DNA of 64,000 bases from assembly GCA_963719035.1 (NCBI GenBank), contig CAVRAO010000002.1, positions 352,001-416,000 of the forward strand. The letters are read 5' to 3'. Source of the DNA: Methanobacteriota archaeon. GTDB taxonomy: Archaea > Halobacteriota > Bog-38 > Methanoflorentales > Methanoflorentaceae. Under the pieces are notes generated by a model, which was not told the origin of the DNA, searched no databases, and saw only the letters and a program-made list of their open reading frames with translations. Of the stretch, positions 57,599-64,000 are shown piece by piece (the first letter of the stretch is position 1; each line of letters starts with the position of its first letter). The position numbers were made by a program, and so were the translations under genes.

Positions 57599-58387
57599 AT
57601 GAGTTCTCTTAAAGTCGAAGACTACATGACGCGAGACGTAATAACCGTTACAGCAACGGATACAGTAAAAGACGTTATAACTCTCATAAAAAGTACGAAG
57701 CACGATGGGTTTCCTGTAGTCAAAGACAAAAAGATAATAGGGTACGTTTCTTCGCTCGACATCTTGCTGTGTGACCCCTCGATCAAAGTCGCTGAGATTA
57801 TGTCTGTAAATTTGGTTGTTGCTCGTAGTGACATGGATTTGTTTGACGCCGCACGCGTGCTTTGGAGATCGGACAACAAGAAACTGCCCGTGATTGATGA
57901 TGATGGCAACGTCATCGGCATTATTTCAAACACAGATGTAATGCGATCACAGATTGAGCGCGCGACGCCAGACAAAGTATGGAAGCTCATGCGAACGCTA
58001 AGAACGATCCATAAAGTCCAATTGGAAGAGCACCTTGGCCAAGTGAAGATACAGGATTTGGTTCCGACGCAGTCGAAGATATTCGCAGATGAACTCCAAG
58101 GAAGGAAATACGAGCTTGAAAAAGGCCTTGCGGAACCTTTGATAGTAATAAAAAAGCGTGACAAGACCTTGTTGGTAGATGGCCATCATAGAGCGGTAGC
58201 AGCTCGAAGTCTTAACCTTAAAGAGGTCGACGCTTACATTATTACAATGGACAGAGACGTGCCTTTGGGCATGGAGCGGACAGCTGACAACGTCGGCCTC
58301 AGATCATTGACTGACATTCGAATACTTGAAAGCAGTACTCACCCACTCATTGAAATAACGCGAAGAAGCGGTTCTCGAAATGTATGA
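57599..58387 (+). CDS. CBS pair plus ParB/sulfiredoxin-like domain protein
   Basis: Two CBS domains, then LVPTQ...PLIV...LVDGHHRAVA. Confidence 0.88.
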   Translation: MSSLKVEDYMTRDVITVTATDTVKDVITLIKSTKHDGFPVVKDKKIIGYVSSLDILLCDPSIKVAEIMSVNLVVARSDMDLFDAARVLWRSDNKKLPVIDDDGNVIGIISNTDVMRSQIERATPDKVWKLMRTLRTIHKVQLEEHLGQVKIQDLVPTQSKIFADELQGRKYELEKGLAEPLIVIKKRDKTLLVDGHHRAVAARSLNLKEVDAYIITMDRDVPLGMERTADNVGLRSLTDIRILESSTHPLIEITRRSGSRNV

Positions 58388-58398
58388 TCGACAAAACG

Positions 58399-59271
58399 TT
58401 AAAGAGCCGAAATTTCACGCAGCACGTCGCTTTGCGTAATTATTCCTTTCGGTGAACCGTTGGCGGTCACTATTAGGCGACCAACGCTATATTCGGCAAA
58501 TAAACGCATAGCCTCGTAAACAGGTCTATCTTCTTCCACTGTGAATACGTCATGGCTCATAATATCGCCGGCTGAACCGAAGTTTGCAGTTGCGACGGCC
58601 TTTCCTATATCCTGGAGCGTGACCACACCGACTAGTTTTTCACCCCGCTTAACGGGTGCTCCGTGAATATTATTATTAGTTAGGATCTTGGCGACTTGTT
58701 GAAGAGGCGTATTAACATCGATTGTGACTAAAGAGGTCGAGGCATACTCACTTATCGGTGCTTTTGGAGGGGATACCATCTCAGAGACCAAGATGATGAC
58801 CGTATTTTCTGCGTCATTTCTGCCGCAAACAGTGCCTTTTATAGTTAGCCTATTCACAGGCGTCGGTCCTAGCTTAAGCACATCGCCGTCGTCAAACTCC
58901 CGAACGTTGCCAATAACCCTAATCGCCGCACTGCAGATGTCTGGATGCGCAACCGTTGTAAAATCGATTTCTTCAATCAACACATCACTCATCTCAGCGC
59001 CGTTTTTAACTAGAACGACGTGTGCCTCCTCAGCCATCGTGTCCAACTGCAGTTCCCGGTAGGCCGCAGTAGTTGCCTTATATCCACCTTTAGGCCCAGG
59101 AACCCCTTCCACAAGCTGAAGTGCTTTCAACGACTGCATTTGATTACGTATCGTGCCTGGATTACGGCCAAGGATCTTTGCTATTTCTTCGCCCCTAATT
59201 GAGCGAGAATTTAGTCGATATAAACTTATAAGAGCGCTCAGAATCTCCTTTTGGACGGAAGACAATTCCAT
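58399..59271 (-). CDS. HTH-DUF293-CBS transcriptional regulator
   Basis: RNPGTIRNQMQSLK.L.LVEGVPGPKGGY HTH; GPTP; two C-terminal CBS domains. Confidence 0.88.
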   Translation of the reverse strand: MELSSVQKEILSALISLYRLNSRSIRGEEIAKILGRNPGTIRNQMQSLKALQLVEGVPGPKGGYKATTAAYRELQLDTMAEEAHVVLVKNGAEMSDVLIEEIDFTTVAHPDICSAAIRVIGNVREFDDGDVLKLGPTPVNRLTIKGTVCGRNDAENTVIILVSEMVSPPKAPISEYASTSLVTIDVNTPLQQVAKILTNNNIHGAPVKRGEKLVGVVTLQDIGKAVATANFGSAGDIMSHDVFTVEEDRPVYEAMRLFAEYSVGRLIVTANGSPKGIITQSDVLREISAL

Positions 59272-59337
59272 AGTGCAATTAGTATGATTAATTATGAGAT
59301 ATAAGTTTTATTAGCTGAGGGGGTCTAGGAATAAAAA

Positions 59338-60318
59338 ATGTTTAATATTCAGACAGTTCCGACTTCAAAAGAGTTGTTGGACAAAGCATTCAGAAAAAGC
59401 GTCCGAGCAAGAGCAGGAAAAGCGCCAGGGCGAGCAGCAGAAAAAGCAATGATACTGACTGCGTCAAATATCCTCGCTGACAACCTTCGACTTGTTGTTC
59501 GGCGATTTCCAAACCTTGACGAGATCGACCCATTTTACGCAGAGACGATCGACATCGTTATCGGAATTGACAAGCTGAAAATGTCACTTGCTTCTGTCAA
59601 TTGGGCAGCAACAAAAATCCACCAGTTATCACGGGCTGCGATCGCAAGAATACCTCGCGTGCCTGACGCAAAAGCCGTGCGGAAGCAGATGTTTGGGCGA
59701 GCAGCGTCTATCATGAGAGAGATACAGTCAGATCTCGATTTCTTAAATAAAGCTCGAAGAACAATCAACGCATTTCCTGCCTTAGGGGACGAGCCGACTA
59801 TACTTGTCGCTGGATATCCTAATGTAGGAAAATCGAGTTTTGTCGCATTTGTAACCAGCGCCACGCCCGAGATTGCACTCTACCCTTTTACAACGAAGGG
59901 AATTGTAGTGGGGCACATAAAATACCGTGAGAGACGTTATCAAATTGTCGATCTGCCTGGGCTGTTAGATCGTCCACTCTTCAAACGGAACCCGATCGAA
60001 CTCCAGGCAATTTCGGCCCTCAAGCACCTTGGAGACGTCATATTGTTTATTGTAGACCCTTCAGACACGTCTGGCTACATAGTACCAGATCAACTTAGTC
60101 TTTTAAACGAGTTAAGATTACAAGTGGCCCTGCCTATTATCGTTGCAACAAACAAAATAGACCTCAAACCGACAGACTCAGTTGAAGAATCGTTTAAAAT
60201 CTCAACAAAATCCGGTGAAGGGATCGCACAGGTTCTTAAAGCCTTAATTGATCTTGCTAATAGCTCGCACCGCAAGGTCCCCGAAACGTTCGAGCGTAAC
60301 AAAGTCGCTGAGAGCTAG
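59338..60318 (+). CDS. NOG1 family GTPase
   Basis: GYPNVGKSS, YPFTTK, DLPGLLDRP, NKID. Confidence 0.93.
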   Translation: MFNIQTVPTSKELLDKAFRKSVRARAGKAPGRAAEKAMILTASNILADNLRLVVRRFPNLDEIDPFYAETIDIVIGIDKLKMSLASVNWAATKIHQLSRAAIARIPRVPDAKAVRKQMFGRAASIMREIQSDLDFLNKARRTINAFPALGDEPTILVAGYPNVGKSSFVAFVTSATPEIALYPFTTKGIVVGHIKYRERRYQIVDLPGLLDRPLFKRNPIELQAISALKHLGDVILFIVDPSDTSGYIVPDQLSLLNELRLQVALPIIVATNKIDLKPTDSVEESFKISTKSGEGIAQVLKALIDLANSSHRKVPETFERNKVAES

Positions 60319-61220
60319 AATGGATGGACGCCGGCAACGTAACAAGCGAGCAGAAAGCCACCGATAGCACCTGAATTCAGGAAGGGCAAGCCTGCTTGAG
60401 GTTTTCCTTTAACGACGAACCACATTAGGGCGGCGTAACCTACAATGGTTCCAACTGCAGCGCCAAGAGCGGGTCCATTTATAAACCCGATTGCCGGTGC
60501 AACCAAGAATGAGTTTGCAGATACGACCAAAACAGTTGGAATGACTGCGTCACCAAGTCCCATAAAGAAGGCTTCGCGTTTCTCTAACTTTTCTTCACCA
60601 GTTGCATTCGACGCTTCCTGGGCCCACTTGACGTGAGAGTAACCTCTGTTTCGAGGCAGCACGAACAATACTGGCAACTTTAGATCCACAACGCCCTCAG
60701 CGAGGTTAATCATATGCTTAGTTTGATAAACAGACACGAAGTCATAAACGGCAAGTCCTGTCAGCAACACTAACGTAGGCACAACGGCAAGAGAGATGCC
60801 AAAAATTGCGGCTGCCCCCGCACCGATCAAGATCCCAACTGCGTCTATCACCCACCATTCAGGGTAATAAAACAGAACAAACGCGGTGACTGCAGTTGCG
60901 CCTATCGCTATCATCCCTCCTAGGTCTCCAAGATTGAGCAGGACTGATGAATACACAAAGTAAAGGGTTGAAATGATCACGAGGCCGATAATGAGCTGTA
61001 TTATCCAGCGTCTCCCCCATTTTATGATAATAAGCAAAAGTGCCGTAAAAGCTAAAACAAGGAGAAAGTAGTAAATCGGATTATAAACGGATTCCGGATC
61101 GCTGAACGCTTTCACGTCTGAAGCTTGAAATGGATGGGCTAGTAGAAGCGCGACCAACTGAGTAGCAATGATGAATAGCGCCATCGCAAAAGGCGAAATA
61201 CGCTTTAGAATCTCCCTCAT
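60315..61220 (-). CDS. psh: Presenilin-family intramembrane aspartyl protease (PSH)
   Basis: Multiple TM helices, YD, GLGD and QAGLP motifs. Confidence 0.92.
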   Translation of the reverse strand: MREILKRISPFAMALFIIATQLVALLLAHPFQASDVKAFSDPESVYNPIYYFLLVLAFTALLLIIIKWGRRWIIQLIIGLVIISTLYFVYSSVLLNLGDLGGMIAIGATAVTAFVLFYYPEWWVIDAVGILIGAGAAAIFGISLAVVPTLVLLTGLAVYDFVSVYQTKHMINLAEGVVDLKLPVLFVLPRNRGYSHVKWAQEASNATGEEKLEKREAFFMGLGDAVIPTVLVVSANSFLVAPAIGFINGPALGAAVGTIVGYAALMWFVVKGKPQAGLPFLNSGAIGGFLLACYVAGVHPF

Positions 61221-61525
61221 TTAGATAAACACTCTCCGCCGACAGCTGTAAAATCAACGGCTAAAAGCAGCTAAATACAAGGCCCACTGCTACCTTCGCC
61301 GTATGCGTGCTCCTGGTATATAGAGTTGCGGCCACGTGTGCGTCCTCGAGTATTCTAACGAAACCCTGACAGAAGTATAGCGCCAAAGAGCGGCAAACGC
61401 TAAAATTATGAGCAGATGGTTGACCCGTGCCACGTTGTCTCACTGCCACTTCAGCGTCGTAAGTGCCGCCTTGCATAGATTTAACTGAGCTGCCGACGTA
61501 CCTCAAACTGCATAGTGGTGGTAGA

Positions 61526-62530
61526 ATGGGAGTTCCAATCGGAGATCTGCTTCCGCGGACAAAGATAGAGATAGAACAGATCGATAGTGTCGCCATTGAC
61601 GCTTTCAATGCTATTTATCAGTTCTTGAGCATAATCCGACAAAGGGACGGGACACCGTTAATGGACAACGCTGGGAGAATTACCTCCCATCTTTCTGGAT
61701 TGTTTTATCGAACCGCATATATCATAGAAGCTGGTGTGAAGCCAGTCTATGTTTTTGATGGAGAACCACCAGAATGGAAGAAAGAAACCGTCCTTAAGCG
61801 GAAAGAAACGCGAGAACACGCTACGAGAGAGTGGGCGCAGGCAAAAGCAGAAGGGCAGGCAGACGCTTTTAAATACGCCCAAGCATCAGCTCGACTAGAT
61901 GAGCAGATTCTCGAAAGCTCGAAGATCCTATTACGTCACTTGGGCATTCCTGTAGTCAATGCTGCAAGTGAGGGAGAAGCGCAAGCGGCATACATGACAA
62001 GCAAAGGCGACGTCTCATTTACTGCATCTCAGGATATTGACGCGCTACTTTTTGGAACCCCCCGACTAGTAAGGAACTTAACCTTAACGGGACGACGAAA
62101 ACTCCCTGGCAAAAATGTTTACGTGAGCATTAGTCCCGAACTATTTGAGCTCGACCACATTCTCTCCTCTTTAGAGATAAATCGCGAGCAGCTTATCGAA
62201 ATGAGCATTCTTGTTGGAACGGATTACAACAAAGGGGTAAAAGGTATCGGACCAAAAAAGGCCTTGAGGATGATAAAGAACTTTAACATTGAACGAGCGT
62301 TGGATGATTTAGGAGAGAGCCTTGACTACGCACCTATAAAGCAGTTTTTCCTCGATCCTCACGTCACTCACGAGTATGATCTTGCGTGGGCCCCGGTGAA
62401 CGAAGAAGAGCTTATGAGCTTCTTATGTGACGAGCACGATTTCTCAAGAGAGAGGGTTGAAAATACAGTGCAACGGATAACTAGCGCACGAGATGAAGCA
62501 GCTCAGCAGTCGTTAGCCCAGTGGTTATAA
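61526..62530 (+). CDS. fen: Flap endonuclease 1
   Basis: MGVPIG, YQFLSIIRQ.DG, SEGEAQA, GTDYN, GIGPKKA; C-terminal PIP box QQSLAQWL. Confidence 0.96.
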   Translation: MGVPIGDLLPRTKIEIEQIDSVAIDAFNAIYQFLSIIRQRDGTPLMDNAGRITSHLSGLFYRTAYIIEAGVKPVYVFDGEPPEWKKETVLKRKETREHATREWAQAKAEGQADAFKYAQASARLDEQILESSKILLRHLGIPVVNAASEGEAQAAYMTSKGDVSFTASQDIDALLFGTPRLVRNLTLTGRRKLPGKNVYVSISPELFELDHILSSLEINREQLIEMSILVGTDYNKGVKGIGPKKALRMIKNFNIERALDDLGESLDYAPIKQFFLDPHVTHEYDLAWAPVNEEELMSFLCDEHDFSRERVENTVQRITSARDEAAQQSLAQWL

Positions 62531-62553
62531 GGCGGTTGTTGAGCCGCAGGGCC

Positions 62554-63264
62554 TCAAGAGGTCGTCTTTTTATCGTAATGCGTATCCGGAAACCCATATT
62601 TTCCTACTAGCAAGACAAAGGCGACGGCACCGTGTGCTTCTTTTTCTATAACGCTATTTTTGCGAACCAAGAAAAGTTCCTGGAGTTCTTTTCCCAAAGG
62701 TAGTACCATCCGACCCCCTGCCTTTAACTGCGCAAGCAATGGAGAAGGAATTTCGGGTGCTGAGCAAGTCACTAGAATCCGGTCGAAAGGAGCGTGTTCC
62801 GGGAGTCCTAACGACCCATCTCCAATAAGGGGCACTACATTTGCGGGCAAGAGTTTACGCGCGTTCTCTGCCAATCCCTCAACCCTTTCGAGAGTGTAGA
62901 TGGTCCCTTCCCTTGCAAGCTCTGCCAGTACGGCCGCGTGATACCCTGAACCTGTACCTATCTCGAGCACGCGAGATTGGGGTTCAACGCGTAAAAGTTC
63001 GCACATTATGGCAACCATATGTGGAGCAGAAATCGTCTGCTCTTTGCCGATTGGCAGTGGCTGGTCTCGATATGCATAATCGCGCAAGCTCTGCGGCACG
63101 AAATCTTCGCGTCTCACCGCGCCCATAGCGCACACTACTCGCTCGCTTATACCTCGATATCTTAGGCCTTTCAGAAGTGATGCCCTTTCGCGCTCTAAAA
63201 GCGTCGTGCTACCTCCTTTGCGTAGGCTTCTGCCGAGTGAAGGAAACCTGGTTCCGATCGGCAC
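62554..63264 (-). CDS. pcm: Protein-L-isoaspartate O-methyltransferase (true start probably about 63204-63207)
   Basis: QTISAPHMVA, VLEIGTGSGY, GDGSLG, APFDRI. Confidence 0.93.
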   Translation of the reverse strand: MPIGTRFPSLGRSLRKGGSTTLLERERASLLKGLRYRGISERVVCAMGAVRREDFVPQSLRDYAYRDQPLPIGKEQTISAPHMVAIMCELLRVEPQSRVLEIGTGSGYHAAVLAELAREGTIYTLERVEGLAENARKLLPANVVPLIGDGSLGLPEHAPFDRILVTCSAPEIPSPLLAQLKAGGRMVLPLGKELQELFLVRKNSVIEKEAHGAVAFVLLVGKYGFPDTHYDKKTTS

Positions 63265-63850
63265 TTCGTCTGGTGATACCTTTTATGTACACTCTCGCGA
63301 TGTCTTTTGCACTGGCAGACTGCCCAACGCGATCAAAAACGGGCCCATGCTTGATCTTAATGCGAGCTACTTCTCCAAACTGTTCTTTATCTCCGACGAC
63401 GAATCTCTTCTCGCCATCAAACGCAACTTTGTGTGATTTCGTAGTCTTGCCCGAGTGAACGGCTATCTTAACGACTACCTTATCGATTTTCTGAGCCCAA
63501 AGGACTCGAATTGACGCAGCTTCTGCCTCCTCTGTTCGGACTCCGTCGTTAAGTTCGATAGCAATTATTCGTACAGCGTCAATCGACGAGTTCTCAACAA
63601 TGAATTCGTCTCCTATACGAAGCCGTTCGAGAGCTCCCAACTCAAGCCAGCTCAAATGAGATTGATCATAGTCGCTCACGACGACCTTAAGCTTGAGGCT
63701 TGCAACGCGACGAGGGAGATCTACTTGCTGCGTAGTGTGGCACACTGTGCAGCGAATTACGAGCTTCTTTGCCGTGCGCAATACTTCGTGGGGTACCTTT
63801 TTATCTGACGAACACGAAGGACACTCAAAGTCAGCCTCTCTATTCACCAT
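63209..63850 (-). CDS. HVO_0476 family zinc-finger protein
   Basis: CPSC...HEVL...RCTVC, VVVS, GDEFIV; conserved position upstream of pcm. Confidence 0.82.
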   Translation of the reverse strand: MVNREADFECPSCSSDKKVPHEVLRTAKKLVIRCTVCHTTQQVDLPRRVASLKLKVVVSDYDQSHLSWLELGALERLRIGDEFIVENSSIDAVRIIAIELNDGVRTEEAEAASIRVLWAQKIDKVVVKIAVHSGKTTKSHKVAFDGEKRFVVGDKEQFGEVARIKIKHGPVFDRVGQSASAKDIARVYIKGITRRSADRNQVSFTRQKPTQRR

Positions 63851-64000
63851 CGGTAGTCACTACTTGCTTACGGATGATAAATTCGATGTTAAGCGATACG
63901 ATACATGCTAAAGGCCATCGTAACATCCTGGCGACACATAAAACGACGCTTCAAATTACCAAAGATGAATCAATCTCAAAAAGGGCAGACTGCGTAGTTG

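Overview
Core-genome window of a euryarchaeon, most likely a Halobacteriota/Methanomicrobia-like lineage. This is inferred from the split rpoB''/rpoB' and rpoA'/rpoA'' genes, Topo VI, archaeal ribC/ribL, AMA ATPase, DUF2111, FBP aldolase/phosphatase and hypB. Most of the window is housekeeping: the rpoH-B''-B'-A'-A''-rpl30e-nusA-rps12-rps7-EF2-EF1a-rps10 cluster, top6AB, TFB, RFC, RPA, FEN1, CCA, RNase Z, riboflavin/thiamine/purine genes, RNase P RNA and four tRNAs, three of which carry short introns. I saw no integrase, transposase, CRISPR array or rRNA. Four otherwise intact genes (fbp, rpoA'', an nrdG-like radical SAM gene and a TIM-barrel gene) carry single-base +1 frameshifts, probably consensus errors. 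The most unusual items are: (i) near-identical introns in tRNA-Ala and tRNA-Lys; (ii) an orphan-rich stretch at 45.3-49.9 kb with a stand-alone Cys-rich PriS-like primase, a tandem AbrB-like protein, a PD-(D/E)XK-like protein and a Panacea/SocA-like protein; (iii) an apparent ATA start for rfcS; (iv) a core methionine synthase with an HxH rather than HxC zinc site; (v) an orphan RHH/coiled-coil gene next to tRNA-Ala. Family assignments come from motif recognition by eye; no database search was run.
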